A model generated the notes under the pieces. The model saw nothing but the letters and a program-made list of their open reading frames with translations. It made no database searches and was not told where the DNA came from. The position numbers were made by a program, and so were the translations under genes. From contig JAQGMY010000102.1 in assembly GCA_028292105.1 (NCBI GenBank), forward strand, positions 1 to 52,454: a stretch of DNA of 52,454 nt, read 5' to 3'. This document shows positions 10,877 to 21,003 of the stretch, one piece after another (within the stretch, counting starts at the first letter, position 1; the number at the start of each line of letters is the position of its first letter). The stretch comes from Ramlibacter sp. GTDB lineage: Bacteria > Pseudomonadota > Gammaproteobacteria > Burkholderiales > Burkholderiaceae_C.

Positions 10877-10931
10877 GGGGTTTCTGCGGGGGAAACCGTG
10901 ATTATCCCTGCGATCGAGAGTCCCGTCCCCG

Positions 10932-10960
10932 GTAGGGTGTGCAAGCCCTGCTTGCGCACC
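10932..10960 (+). repeat. Single GTAG-type REP
   Basis: GTAGGGTGTGCAAGCCCTGCTTGCGCACC, same family as 46-73. Confidence 0.85.
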
Positions 10961-10981
10961 CTGCGAGCTCCGAGCTGGCTC

Positions 10982-13216
10982 CTACTTCTTCTCGACGCTG
11001 TTCTTCAGCGCTGCCTGGGCCACGTGGTCGAGCGCCTCGTCCACCACCGGCCGGTCGGCCACGACGCTCAGCTGGCCGTTGGAGCGCAGCTTGTCCATGG
11101 TCCGGCGCGACATCGAATGCGCGGTGCCGCCGATGGACGTGAACATGAACAGCGTGGCGTGCGGGCTGGCCCAGGTGAGCTGCGCCCGCACCCAGTCGCC
11201 CTTGACCAGGATCTCCACCCAGGCGCCGATGCGCAGGTCTTCCGGCGCGACCTCGACCGCCGGCGTCGGCCGCGCAGCTTCGATCTCGGCGCGCACATGC
11301 TCCTGTTGTGCCGCTTCGGGCGACGCCACGTGGTCAGGCGCCAGGTCGGGTTCGTCGAACATGAAGCCGGACTCCTGCGCCTCGTTCTGGTCCAGCCACA
11401 TCTCGATTTCCTGGCTGGCGCTGTCGCTGAACTGGGAGGGCGATTCCGCCACCTCGATGCCCGGCGAGCGCGAGCGGGCGGCGCGGCCTTCGTGCACGGC
11501 TGCGCGGTGCAGGGTGATCAGGTGGTCGAAGAAGCGCTGGGTGAGCTCCGGCGGGTAGCCGATGCCGTTCAGGCCCTGGCGCAGGCGCTCCAGCATGCCG
11601 GGGATCATCTGCACGAGGCGCCGGGCGCGCCCGCGCTGCCCGATGCTGCTTTGCACGCTCCAGATCAGGTCGTCGACCAGCGCCCGGTACCCATAGGGAT
11701 CCGAGGAGCCGTCGTCGCAACTGAGCTGCGCCTCCGCCACCACCTGGGCCCAGGCGTTGCGCAGGAACTCGCGCACGAAGTCCGCGACCTCCATCTCCTC
11801 GAGCCCGCCGGTGAATTCTGCTGCCAGCTTCTGCGCCAGCAGGTTGCGTTGTTCGGCATGCAGCAGCGCCCGTGCCGCTTCTTCGCGCTTCTGCTTGGCG
11901 CCCTGGTCGTGGGTGGACCACAGCTCCTGCAGGTCATCCATCAGCTCGCCGAAGGTGTCGGCGTCGATGACCTTGCTTTCCAGCCAGCGCACCGCCGAAT
12001 CGACCGATTCCATGAAGCGCCGGCAGCCGGGGTCGTCCTCCGAGCTGAAGGCCAGGCTGCGCTGCGTGATGCGGTCCAGCACCTGCCGCGCCGGATGGTT
12101 GCGGTCGCTGAAGAACCGCGAATCTTCCTGGGTGAGGCGCTGCACCGCCGGCTCCATGGCACGCAGCTGGCGCTTGAGCGACGGCAGCAGCCGCCGGTCT
12201 TCGGACAGGTGGTCGAACATCAGCCGAACCACTTCTTCACCGAGCTGCTGGCCGATCTTGTGCGGCGCCGGCCCGGCGTCGATGGCAATGTCGGACAGCA
12301 TGTCGACCGGCTTGGCCGGCTCCGGCGCCGGCTTGGCGCGCTGTTCCAGCCGCTTGACCAGTTCGTCGGTCTTCTGCATGTCGTTCAGCAGCGACATCGA
12401 AGCGGGCACGGTGTGCAGGAAGTCGGCCCGGCGCGGCTGGTCGAAGTCGCCGGCCAGCAGCTTGCGCAGGCGGTCCAGCGTCAGCAGCGTCTTGGCCACG
12501 GTGTCGGTCACCGGCTTGCCGCTGGCGCCGGTGTTCTTCTGGATGCGGCCGCCGACCGGCACCGCCGGCTCCACGCCGGTGGAGCGCAGCCATTCCGACA
12601 GTTCGCGATAGAGCTTGCGCAGGTTCACGCCCATGAGACCCGCCGAAGGCGTGATCAAGGCTTCGCGCACGCCCGCTTCGGGAACGTGTTGCGCCAGGGT
12701 GGCCTGCAGGGCGCGGACGAAGACGTCCGGGCGCAGCGGATTGAGTCCGGGCTGGATGGTGCGCCATCCGAGCATCGTGCTGATCAGGGCGTCCAGCGCC
12801 GGCAGCGCGTCGTCCACCGCATGGGCGACCTCCTGCTGGGCGCGCGCGACCTCGATGCTCTGATCGAGCTGTTCGTCCTCGAACAGCTGCAGGTCCTGGA
12901 AGCGCAGCGCCTCCGGCTGCGGCTGGTCCTTGCCGCCGCCCTCGTAGACCAGGCGGGTCAGTTCCTCGATGAAAGTGGCCTTCAGCGGCTTGGGATCGGC
13001 GTGGAGGGCCAGTACCGCTTCCTTGACGCTGCCGCCCTGGAAGGCGGCGATGCGCCGCGGCCCGCTGCTGGCCGTGCCCGCCATCAGCCCCTTGATGATT
13101 TCGTCCATCAGGCTGTCGGACTGCTGCAGCATGGTCGCCAGGCAGTCGCTCAGCGACGGCTGCAGGGCGCTCGGATCGTCCGCGACGCCGAGCCGGAGCT
13201 TCATCATCTTGGCCAT
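10982..13216 (-). CDS. DUF1631 family protein (paralog 1)
   Basis: NPLRPDVF, DSRFFSDRNHPARQVL, FLRNAWAQV, GAWVEI...QLTWASPHATLFMFT. Confidence 0.88.
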   Translation of the reverse strand: MAKMMKLRLGVADDPSALQPSLSDCLATMLQQSDSLMDEIIKGLMAGTASSGPRRIAAFQGGSVKEAVLALHADPKPLKATFIEELTRLVYEGGGKDQPQPEALRFQDLQLFEDEQLDQSIEVARAQQEVAHAVDDALPALDALISTMLGWRTIQPGLNPLRPDVFVRALQATLAQHVPEAGVREALITPSAGLMGVNLRKLYRELSEWLRSTGVEPAVPVGGRIQKNTGASGKPVTDTVAKTLLTLDRLRKLLAGDFDQPRRADFLHTVPASMSLLNDMQKTDELVKRLEQRAKPAPEPAKPVDMLSDIAIDAGPAPHKIGQQLGEEVVRLMFDHLSEDRRLLPSLKRQLRAMEPAVQRLTQEDSRFFSDRNHPARQVLDRITQRSLAFSSEDDPGCRRFMESVDSAVRWLESKVIDADTFGELMDDLQELWSTHDQGAKQKREEAARALLHAEQRNLLAQKLAAEFTGGLEEMEVADFVREFLRNAWAQVVAEAQLSCDDGSSDPYGYRALVDDLIWSVQSSIGQRGRARRLVQMIPGMLERLRQGLNGIGYPPELTQRFFDHLITLHRAAVHEGRAARSRSPGIEVAESPSQFSDSASQEIEMWLDQNEAQESGFMFDEPDLAPDHVASPEAAQQEHVRAEIEAARPTPAVEVAPEDLRIGAWVEILVKGDWVRAQLTWASPHATLFMFTSIGGTAHSMSRRTMDKLRSNGQLSVVADRPVVDEALDHVAQAALKNSVEKK

Positions 13217-13348
13217 TGCAAACCATTATGGGTGAGGCTCAGGCGTAAGCCACTTTTTGTCACTCCATGTGACCCTGTGCGGCACGCCGGGCGCAGCGTG
13301 GGCGCAACGGGGCTGAGGCAAGCCGTGACAAAGCATGCGACAATGCAG

Positions 13349-13523
13349 CTTCACGGGCCTCCAGTTGCTCGTGAGCCCAGCGTTCCGCTGGGGACGAAGC
13401 AGGCCCTTCGCAGGCGCCTGCCGGCTCCCACCCTTAGACCTACATCTGCCTCTCACTGGATCCGGCCCGCGTGGCCCGGAACGGCCGATGCCCCCGCGCC
13501 CGGGAAGGCGCTTCATTACTTAC
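13349..13523 (+). promoter_or_regulatory. Candidate structured 5' leader of rhlE
   Basis: GACAAT -10-like box at ~13339, then consecutive hairpins TCACGGGC/GCTCGTGA, CCCAGCG/CGCTGGG, GCAGGC/GCCTGC. Confidence 0.45.
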
Positions 13524-15374
13524 ATGAATTTTGACGAACTGAATCTCGCTCCGGAACTCCTCAAAGCCGTTCACGAGCAAGGCTACGACACCCCCACCCC
13601 CATCCAGGCCCAGGCGATCCCCGCCATCCTCGAGGGCCGCGACCTTCTCGGCGGCGCCCAGACGGGCACCGGAAAGACCGCCGCCTTCACCCTGCCGATG
13701 CTGCACAAGCTCACCAAGGGCCAGGGCAAGACCAACAAGTTCGGCAAGGACGGCATCGCCGCCCTGGTGCTCACCCCGACGCGCGAACTCGCGGCGCAGG
13801 TGGAAGAGTCCATCCGTACCTACGGCAAGTACTTGCAGCTGACCTCCACCGTCATCTTCGGCGGCGTCGGCATGAACCCGCAGATCGACCGCATCAAGAA
13901 GGGCGTCGACATCCTGGTGGCCACCCCCGGGCGCCTGCTGGACCTGCAGCAGCAGGGCCACCTGGACCTGTCCACCGTCGAGATCCTGGTGCTGGACGAG
14001 GCCGACCGCATGCTGGACATGGGCTTCCTGCCCGACGTCAAGAAGATCCTCGCGCTGGTGCCCAAGGACAAGCAGAGCCTGCTGTTCTCCGCCACCTTCA
14101 GCGACGAGATCCGTGACCTGGCCCATACGCTGCTGAAGAATCCGCAGAGCATCCAGGTGACCCCGCGCAACACCACCGTGCAGCGCATCACGCAGGTGGT
14201 GCACCCGGTCGGCCGCGGCAAGAAGAAGGAACTGCTGGCGCACGTGATCAAGGAGCACGACTGGTCGCAGGTGCTGGTGTTCACGCGCACCAAGTTCGGC
14301 GCCAACAGCGTCGCGGAATACCTGACCAAGCACGGCATCCACTCGATGGCGCTGCACGGCAACAAGAGCCAGACGGCGCGCACCCAGGCGCTGGCCGGCT
14401 TCAAGAGCGGTGACATCCGGGCCCTGGTGGCGACGGACATCGCCGCCCGCGGCATCGACATCGACGAACTGCCGCACGTGGTGAACTTCGAGATCCCGAA
14501 CGTGCCGGAAGACTACGTCCACCGCATCGGCCGCACCGGCCGCGCCGGCAACGACGGCGCTGCCGTCAGCCTGGTGTGCCTGGACGAAGAAGGCTTCATG
14601 CAGGAGATCGAGCGCTTCACCAAGCAGGACATCCCGACCGTGGTGGTGGAGGGCTTCGGCCCGGACGCCAACGAGCAGGCCGAGCCGATCGCCATGGGTC
14701 GCCAGGTGCTGTGGGGCGGCAAGGGCCGCCCGCCGTCGCGCGAAGTGTTGAACGCGGCAGCCAAGGCGGCGCGCAGCGAGATGATGCAGCGCGTGCGCGA
14801 GAACAAGGACAAGTCGGGCCAGCCTTCCGGCGGCCGTGGCGGCAATGGCCGCAGCGGCGGTCGCGGCGATGGCCAGCGTGGTGAGAGCCAGTCGGCCCGC
14901 GGCGAAGGCGGCGGCAACGGCGGTGGCCGCAACGGCAACAACGGTGGTGGCAACGGCCGCCGCCAGCAGCCGCAAGGCGGCGCCCCGGCGCAGCAGGCCC
15001 GGCCGCCGCGCCAGCAGCAGGATGGCGCCCGCAACGGCAACGGCGGCGGCAACTACGCCGGCGGCAACAACGGTGGCGGCGGCAACTACGGTGGCGGCAA
15101 TGGCCAGCAGCGGCCGCCCCAGGGACCGGACGAAGAGCGCCAACCGCGCGAAGGCGCGCACAATAGCCGCAGCCCCTTCGTCGTGAGGGACGTGACCGAA
15201 CGCAACACCGATGGACAACCCGATCCCCTGCGCACCAGCGTCGACATCATGGCCAAGAACGGCCGGCGTGGCGGCGGTGGAGGCGGCGGTGGCGGTGGCC
15301 GGTCGAACCGCACTGGTGGCGGGGGCTACGGGACTCGTGGGACGGGCAATCCTCCGCGGTCTTTTAGCCGATGA
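13524..15374 (+). CDS. rhlE: DEAD-box RNA helicase RhlE-like with long Gly/Asn/Arg-rich tail
   Basis: Q motif, [44 protein letters not shown]. Confidence 0.93.
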   Translation: MNFDELNLAPELLKAVHEQGYDTPTPIQAQAIPAILEGRDLLGGAQTGTGKTAAFTLPMLHKLTKGQGKTNKFGKDGIAALVLTPTRELAAQVEESIRTYGKYLQLTSTVIFGGVGMNPQIDRIKKGVDILVATPGRLLDLQQQGHLDLSTVEILVLDEADRMLDMGFLPDVKKILALVPKDKQSLLFSATFSDEIRDLAHTLLKNPQSIQVTPRNTTVQRITQVVHPVGRGKKKELLAHVIKEHDWSQVLVFTRTKFGANSVAEYLTKHGIHSMALHGNKSQTARTQALAGFKSGDIRALVATDIAARGIDIDELPHVVNFEIPNVPEDYVHRIGRTGRAGNDGAAVSLVCLDEEGFMQEIERFTKQDIPTVVVEGFGPDANEQAEPIAMGRQVLWGGKGRPPSREVLNAAAKAARSEMMQRVRENKDKSGQPSGGRGGNGRSGGRGDGQRGESQSARGEGGGNGGGRNGNNGGGNGRRQQPQGGAPAQQARPPRQQQDGARNGNGGGNYAGGNNGGGGNYGGGNGQQRPPQGPDEERQPREGAHNSRSPFVVRDVTERNTDGQPDPLRTSVDIMAKNGRRGGGGGGGGGGRSNRTGGGGYGTRGTGNPPRSFSR

Positions 15375-15942
15375 CACCGTTGCGGCGGTCCATGCCCTGG
15401 CCCGCCGCGACCTGGGCCTCACGCATCCAAAGCTGACGGCCCACAGCGTCGCCTTCACGGCGCTGCCCACCCTGCCTCGCCTCGACGAGGTGTACCTGGC
15501 TCTCGGGACCACCATCAAGGTGGCGGGGAGCCAGTCTGCTTTCCGGGCGGTGGATTTCGACGCCAACCTGGCCGTTGCGAAAGCCGCCCGTGCCGCCGGC
15601 GCGACCCGGCTGGGGCTGGTGAGCGCGATGGGCGCGGACCCGCGCTCGAGGATCTTCTACAACCGCATCAAGGGTGAGCTGGAGGCGGCGCTGCAGGAAC
15701 TCGGCTTCGACACGCTGGTGATCGCCCGGCCGTCGTTCCTGGCCGGTGACCGCGAGGCCCTGGGCCAGCCCCTGCGCGGCGGCGAAAAACTGGCCTTGCG
15801 CGTGAGCGAGATGCTGCGGGGGCTGATCCCGTCCAACTACCGCTCCATCGCTTCCGACGACGTTGCGCGGGCCTTGCTGCGCGAGGTCCCGCGCGTGCGC
15901 GGGCGAGAGGTGCTGTTGTCCGGTGCGATGCAGCGGCGCTAG
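15289..15942 (+). CDS. NAD(P)-binding atypical SDR/epimerase (YraR/TIP30-like)
   Basis: [53 protein letters not shown]; GTG start 15289 (or 15295) after GGAGG. Confidence 0.85.
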   Translation: MAVAGRTALVAGATGLVGRAILRGLLADDTVAAVHALARRDLGLTHPKLTAHSVAFTALPTLPRLDEVYLALGTTIKVAGSQSAFRAVDFDANLAVAKAARAAGATRLGLVSAMGADPRSRIFYNRIKGELEAALQELGFDTLVIARPSFLAGDREALGQPLRGGEKLALRVSEMLRGLIPSNYRSIASDDVARALLREVPRVRGREVLLSGAMQRR

Positions 15943-15949
15943 CCCTGGA

Positions 15950-16834
15950 TCAGGACGGCCGGCGTGCCTCGCGGCCCGGCTGCACGGTGCCTTCGCGCAA
16001 CTCGCGCCAGGCCCGGTCCATCAGGGGCGACAGCAGGTTCCAGCGCAGCAGCTGCAGCCACTGGGCGCAACGGCGGCCGAAGGTGCGCGAACGCAGCTGG
16101 TGCAGCGGGTCGTGGAACACGCCGACTTCGCGCACCACCATCGGGTTGTGGGCGTCCCCCAGTCCACCGGCATAGGCGCTCTCGTGCCCGTCCCACAGCA
16201 TGTGGCCGTCCACGTGGATGCCGTAGCCCCACTGCCAGCCCTGGTCCTTCAGCCGCTGGCGCGCGGCGGCCATGGTCTCGGCGTCGAGGATGTAGGTGTC
16301 GGTCTGCTGCCAGGCGCCGGCGATCCACATCTCCACCAGCGGCCGGTCCATGCGGTTCACGCCCGAGACCACGCCGCGCAGGAAGGCGCCCCGCATGGTC
16401 ACCACCCGGATGCGCGCCGGCACGGCCGCGATGCGCAGCATGGCGACCAGCAGCGTGGCCTTGCCGGGGGCATCGCCACTGCCCGCGTCCAGCACGGCCC
16501 GCGCGGTCATGACCCCGGTCTTGATCCTCTTGGCGATCGGCAGCCGCTTGACGAAGCGATACAGCGCCACGGCCTTTTCGCGATCGTTCTTGCAAAGCTG
16601 CGTGAGCGAGTGGACGCGCAGGCGAAGCTTCGGGTCTTCGAGGTCGATCAGGGCAGTGCGCCCCAGCCAGCGGGCGGGGTTGTCCTGCACCGCGGCCGAT
16701 AAGGGGGTTGCGGGCTGCGCCACGTGGATCGTCCTCCCAGCGTTGCGGCGCTCGAGCGGCGTCGCTGCTGGAGATTCTACTGACGAGCTCGCCGACACGC
16801 CCAGGAATGTCGCGTATCCGGGCCCCAGCGACAC
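15950..16834 (-). CDS. Transglutaminase-like domain protein, probably catalytically degenerate; start uncertain
   Basis: L..T..ID.E.P.L, A.AVL..GSGDAPGKATLLVAMLR...VPAR, VEMWI.G.W...D. Confidence 0.7.
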   Translation of the reverse strand: MSLGPGYATFLGVSASSSVESPAATPLERRNAGRTIHVAQPATPLSAAVQDNPARWLGRTALIDLEDPKLRLRVHSLTQLCKNDREKAVALYRFVKRLPIAKRIKTGVMTARAVLDAGSGDAPGKATLLVAMLRIAAVPARIRVVTMRGAFLRGVVSGVNRMDRPLVEMWIAGAWQQTDTYILDAETMAAARQRLKDQGWQWGYGIHVDGHMLWDGHESAYAGGLGDAHNPMVVREVGVFHDPLHQLRSRTFGRRCAQWLQLLRWNLLSPLMDRAWRELREGTVQPGREARRPS

Positions 16835-16846
16835 TCGCTGTGGCGT

Positions 16847-17590
16847 TTACGCAGAACGGAGCATGCGCACCGGTTCGTTCAGGCGCGGCAGGCGTCGCCG
16901 GCTGGCGAGCACCGTCTCGATGTCGTCCCGGGCGCCATCGATCAGTACCAGGATGGCCTGCTCGGCGCCCGTCGGATCCTTGGCGATCACCGCGTCGATC
17001 ACCGCGCGGTGCAGCGGCAGCGACTTGCGCGGGCCGTCCGCGCGGGTGGTGGAGATCTCGAAGCTGGTGCGCAGCAGCGCCCCCAGCGCCTTGCTCATCT
17101 GGATGATCATGCGGTTGCGCGAGCCGCGCAGCAGGCCCTGGTGGAAGCGCAGGTCGTGCCTCACGTAATCGCCGCCCTCCTCCACCGCGCGCCGCATGCC
17201 TTCGAAGGCAGACTCGATCTCGCTGATGTCTTCCGGGGTGGCGCGTTCCGCCGCCATGCGCACGGCCGCGGGCTCCACCACCCGCCGCAGTTCCTGCAGG
17301 TCGCGCAGGAAGCCGGGCGTCAGGCCCGCCTGCGACTGCCAGACGATCACGTCCGGATCGAACCAGTTCCAGTGCTCCGAAGCCTGCACCCGGGTGCCGA
17401 CCTTGGGCCCGGTGGTCACCAGGCCCTTGGCGATCAGCGACTTGACCGCTTCGCGAACCACCGTTCGGCTGACGCCCAGCTCCGTGCACAGCAACGGCTC
17501 GGGCGGGATCGAAGTCCCGGGCGGGTAGCGGCCAGCCAGGATGGCCTGGCCCAGGTGGTCGACCGTGTTGCCGTGGACGTTCTTGATCAT
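16847..17590 (-). CDS. FadR/GntR family regulator (DgoR-like)
   Basis: PEPLLCTELGVSRTVVREAVKSL.AKGLV..GPKVGTRV....WNWFDPDV..W; DLRFH. Confidence 0.92.
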   Translation of the reverse strand: MIKNVHGNTVDHLGQAILAGRYPPGTSIPPEPLLCTELGVSRTVVREAVKSLIAKGLVTTGPKVGTRVQASEHWNWFDPDVIVWQSQAGLTPGFLRDLQELRRVVEPAAVRMAAERATPEDISEIESAFEGMRRAVEEGGDYVRHDLRFHQGLLRGSRNRMIIQMSKALGALLRTSFEISTTRADGPRKSLPLHRAVIDAVIAKDPTGAEQAILVLIDGARDDIETVLASRRRLPRLNEPVRMLRSA

Positions 17591-17591
17591 G

Positions 17592-17975
17592 TCAGCCGCG
17601 CACGAACAGCGTCTGCAACGCGTCGGCACCTTGCTGCGCGCTCCAGTGGCCATGCAGCCTGGCATCGAACGTGGCGCCTTCGGGCAGCAGGTCCGCCGAG
17701 TAGAAGTGTTCACCGGGCCCGAAGCTGCGCGTGCTGCCGTCCGCCAGCCCGATGACCATGGTGCCGCGCAGGATGAACACCCATTGCGGATACGGCGAGC
17801 AATGCGGGTTGCTGCGAAAGCCGACCGGGCTCTGGCGCAGCTGGTAGCCGCCTGAGGGCAGCAGCGGCGACAGCTGCGACTGCGGCGTGCCCTCGCCAAG
17901 CGCGACCTGCTCCTCGCGAAAGCGCGCGCGCCCGTCCGTGTCGGTGAAGAGGATGACCTTGGTGAAGGATGTCAT
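17592..17975 (-). CDS. Cupin domain protein
   Basis: [17 protein letters not shown]...DG..R.FGPG......D.....GHWS. Confidence 0.8.
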   Translation of the reverse strand: MTSFTKVILFTDTDGRARFREEQVALGEGTPQSQLSPLLPSGGYQLRQSPVGFRSNPHCSPYPQWVFILRGTMVIGLADGSTRSFGPGEHFYSADLLPEGATFDARLHGHWSAQQGADALQTLFVRG

Positions 17976-19063
17976 TGAAGGGTGGCGTTCACCGCGTCGA
18001 GGCGCTGGCCTCCGGCGGCATCGAAAACGTGGGTCTTGGCGGCTGCGACTTCGAGCAGCACGGTGTCGTCCGGCCTGGCCGCGGTGCGCCCGTGCAGCAC
18101 GATCACCAGCTTCTGCTCGCCGACCTGCACCAGCAGTTCGGTTTCGGCCCCGGTCGGTTCGACCACCACCACGGTGGCCGGGATGCCCTGGCCGTTGGTG
18201 GAGAGGCCGACGTCGCCGGGCCGCACGCCGTACTGTACCGGCTGGCCGTCCTGGCCCTGCGCCTGCACCTGCGCCGGCCAGCGGTGCCCTTCCGACTCGA
18301 CCCAGGCGGTGGCGCCTTGCTGGCGCAGCGTGCCGGGCAGCACGTTCATGGACGGGGAGCCGATGAACTGCGCGACGAACAGGTTGCGCGGGTGGTCGAA
18401 CAGCTCCAGCGGCGTGCCGATCTGCTCGACGATCCCGTCGTGCATCACCACGATGCGGTCGGCCATGGTCATCGCCTCGATCTGGTCGTGCGTGACGTAG
18501 ACGGTGGTGGTCTTCAGGCGGTGGTGCAGCGCCTTGATCTCCGCGCGCATCGCCACCCGCAGCTTGGCGTCGAGGTTGGAGAGCGGCTCGTCGAACAGGA
18601 ACACCTTGGGATCACGCACGATGGCGCGACCCATCGCCACCCGCTGGCGCTGGCCGCCGGACAGCTCGCGCGGGAAGCGATCGAGCAGCTGCGTCAGGTT
18701 CAGGATGCGGGCGGCGTCATCGACGCGCTTGTTGGTGACCGTGCTGTCCGCCTTGCGCAACTTCAGGCTGAAGCCCATGTTGTCGCGCACCGTCATGTGG
18801 GGATACAGCGCGTAGCTCTGGAACACCATCGCGATGTCGCGGTCCTTGGAGTCCAGGTCGTTCACCACCCGGCGGTCGATGTCGATCTCGCCAGCGGTAA
18901 TCGGCTCCAGCCCCGCCAGCATGCGCAGCAGGGTCGACTTGCCGCAGCCCGAAGGCCCGACCAGCACCACGAACTCGCCGTCGGCGATGTCGAAGCTGAT
19001 CCCGTGGATCACCTTGAAGCGGCCGAAGTTCTTTTCGACGCCGCGGAAGGATACTGATGCCAT
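17972..19063 (-). CDS. Carbohydrate ABC transporter ATP-binding protein (MalK/UgpC)
   Basis: [49 protein letters not shown] tail. Confidence 0.95.
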   Translation of the reverse strand: MASVSFRGVEKNFGRFKVIHGISFDIADGEFVVLVGPSGCGKSTLLRMLAGLEPITAGEIDIDRRVVNDLDSKDRDIAMVFQSYALYPHMTVRDNMGFSLKLRKADSTVTNKRVDDAARILNLTQLLDRFPRELSGGQRQRVAMGRAIVRDPKVFLFDEPLSNLDAKLRVAMRAEIKALHHRLKTTTVYVTHDQIEAMTMADRIVVMHDGIVEQIGTPLELFDHPRNLFVAQFIGSPSMNVLPGTLRQQGATAWVESEGHRWPAQVQAQGQDGQPVQYGVRPGDVGLSTNGQGIPATVVVVEPTGAETELLVQVGEQKLVIVLHGRTAARPDDTVLLEVAAAKTHVFDAAGGQRLDAVNATLQ

Positions 19064-19107
19064 CGTGTCAAACCTCGTTCGAAGAGGAAGCCGTGTGCGC
19101 ACTCGGC

Positions 19108-19209
19108 GCACCCCGCTGCGGGCGCCCCCTTGAGCGGGGTCCCCGGGAAATTGCACCGCAATTTTCCGGGGTGCCTTTGGGGGAGGCGCGGCAGGCGCTT
19201 CGGGGGTGC
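19108..19209. repeat. ~100-bp nested inverted-repeat element inside the ABC operon
   Basis: Outer GCACCCC/GGGGTGC; inner hairpin CCCCGGGAAATTGC-ACC-GCAATTTTCCGGGG (19141-19171). Confidence 0.65.
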
Positions 19210-19210
19210 A

Positions 19211-20113
19211 TCATGATTTCACGGCGCCGGCCGTCAGGCCCGACACCATGTAGCGCTTGAACGCGTAATAGATCGCCGCCGGCGGCAGCGCATAGATCAG
19301 GCCGGTCGCCATCAGCAGCTCCCACGGCGAGTCGTCGGCCGACAGGAAGTTGCCCAGGGCCACGGCCACGGTGACACTGCGGTCGTTGGACAGCAGCAGG
19401 AAGGCGTACAGGTACTCGTTCCACGCCAGCAGCAGGGAGTAGGTGCCGACCGCCACCAGCGACGGCACCATGAGCGGCAGGTAGACCAGGCGGAACAGTT
19501 GCAGCGGCGTAGCGCCGTCCATGCGCGCGGCTTCGTCCAGTTCGTAAGGCAGCTTGTCGGAGGCCTGCTTGAGCACCCAGATGCTGTAAGGCGAGGCGAT
19601 GGTGACCATGGCGAGGATCAGCGCCCACTGGTTGTTCAGGAGGCCGTAGGTGCCCATGGCCTTGTACATCGGCACGGCGAGAAAGGCCGCCGGGATGAAG
19701 TAGGTGATGAGCGCCAGGTTCATGACGGTGCGGCCGCCGGACACGCGCAGCCGGCTGATCGCGAAGGCCGCGCAGGTCGACACGAACAGCGTCAGCGCGC
19801 CCACCGTCACCGCGATCAGCAGCGAGTTCCACATCTGCAGCCAGAAGTGGTTCAGGTAATGGTGCTGCTCCTGGAACAGGATGCGGAAGTTCTGCAGCGT
19901 CGGATCCTTCGGCCAGATGCGGCCGGAGGTGGCACCGTCCTTGGTCGAGAACGCGAACAGCGCCAGGTGGTAGATCGGGATGATGGTCCAGAGGAACACC
20001 GGGATGCCGATCAGCAGCAGCTTGGCCTCGGTGGCGACATTGCGCCACTTGATCCTGACCGGCTTGCGCCGCGCGATGGCGGCGGCTTCGTGCGGCAGCG
20101 TTTGCGTGTTCAT
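19211..20113 (-). CDS. Carbohydrate ABC transporter permease (MalG-like)
   Basis: ELDEAARMDGAT EAA loop, AWNEYL, multiple TMs. Confidence 0.95.
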   Translation of the reverse strand: MNTQTLPHEAAAIARRKPVRIKWRNVATEAKLLLIGIPVFLWTIIPIYHLALFAFSTKDGATSGRIWPKDPTLQNFRILFQEQHHYLNHFWLQMWNSLLIAVTVGALTLFVSTCAAFAISRLRVSGGRTVMNLALITYFIPAAFLAVPMYKAMGTYGLLNNQWALILAMVTIASPYSIWVLKQASDKLPYELDEAARMDGATPLQLFRLVYLPLMVPSLVAVGTYSLLLAWNEYLYAFLLLSNDRSVTVAVALGNFLSADDSPWELLMATGLIYALPPAAIYYAFKRYMVSGLTAGAVKS

Positions 20114-20985
20114 TTGGACAGCCGCTTCATCATGAAGTAAACGAGCGGCAGCACGAACGGCAGCGCCACCACGATGGAGGCCATCGCCAGGTCGACCTGG
20201 TCGAGCCGCAGGTAACGGATGCCGAGGGTCGCCAGCACATGGGTCAGGTCGGCGGGCCCGCCGCCGGTCAGCAGGTACACGCTGTTGAAGTCACCGAGCG
20301 TCCAGATCATCGACAGCACGGTCGACGTGAGATAGAGCGTGCGCATCGAAGGCCACGTGATGTAGCGGAACTTCTGCCAGCTGGTGGCGCCGTCGACCGC
20401 GGCCGCCTCGTACTGCTCCGCGGGAATCGACATCCGTCCGGCGACCAGGATCAGCGTCCAGAACGGCAGCGACTTCCAGACGTGCATCAGCATCGAGAAC
20501 GAGAGCGCCAGCGTCGGGTCGTTCAGCCAGTTGGGGCCGTCCATGCCGGTGAAGCGGAAGATCAGCGAGTTGATCACGCCCCACTCGGGGTTGAGCATGA
20601 AGCGCACCGACAGGATGGTGGGAATCGAAGGCACCGCCCAGGGCAGGATGAACAGCACCGACAACGCCTTGATCCACCAGCGGGTCTGCACGAAGAAGCC
20701 GGACAGCACCAGCGCGACCACCATCTTGATGTTGATGGCGACCACCAGGAAGATCACCGTGTTGACGGCGGTCCGGAAGAAGATGGGGTCGGCGAACAGC
20801 TGCACATAGCTTTGCGGATGCCGCGCCAGCCACAGCCCGTACCCGACCGGGTACAGCACGAAGATGAGAAAGATCGCGAGATAGGGCAGCACCAGCACCC
20901 GCCCCCAGAATTCCCAGGGGTTGGTGCGGCGCGGCGCGCGCGCCGGCAGCGGCAGTTCTTCGGTCGGAACGAGAATCGTGCTCAT
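20110..20985 (-). CDS. Carbohydrate ABC transporter permease (MalF-like)
   Basis: LPWAVP, YEAAAVDGAT, LTGGGP. Confidence 0.95.
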   Translation of the reverse strand: MSTILVPTEELPLPARAPRRTNPWEFWGRVLVLPYLAIFLIFVLYPVGYGLWLARHPQSYVQLFADPIFFRTAVNTVIFLVVAINIKMVVALVLSGFFVQTRWWIKALSVLFILPWAVPSIPTILSVRFMLNPEWGVINSLIFRFTGMDGPNWLNDPTLALSFSMLMHVWKSLPFWTLILVAGRMSIPAEQYEAAAVDGATSWQKFRYITWPSMRTLYLTSTVLSMIWTLGDFNSVYLLTGGGPADLTHVLATLGIRYLRLDQVDLAMASIVVALPFVLPLVYFMMKRLSK

Positions 20986-21003
20986 GGCCGGCGCTCCCCA
21001 GGT

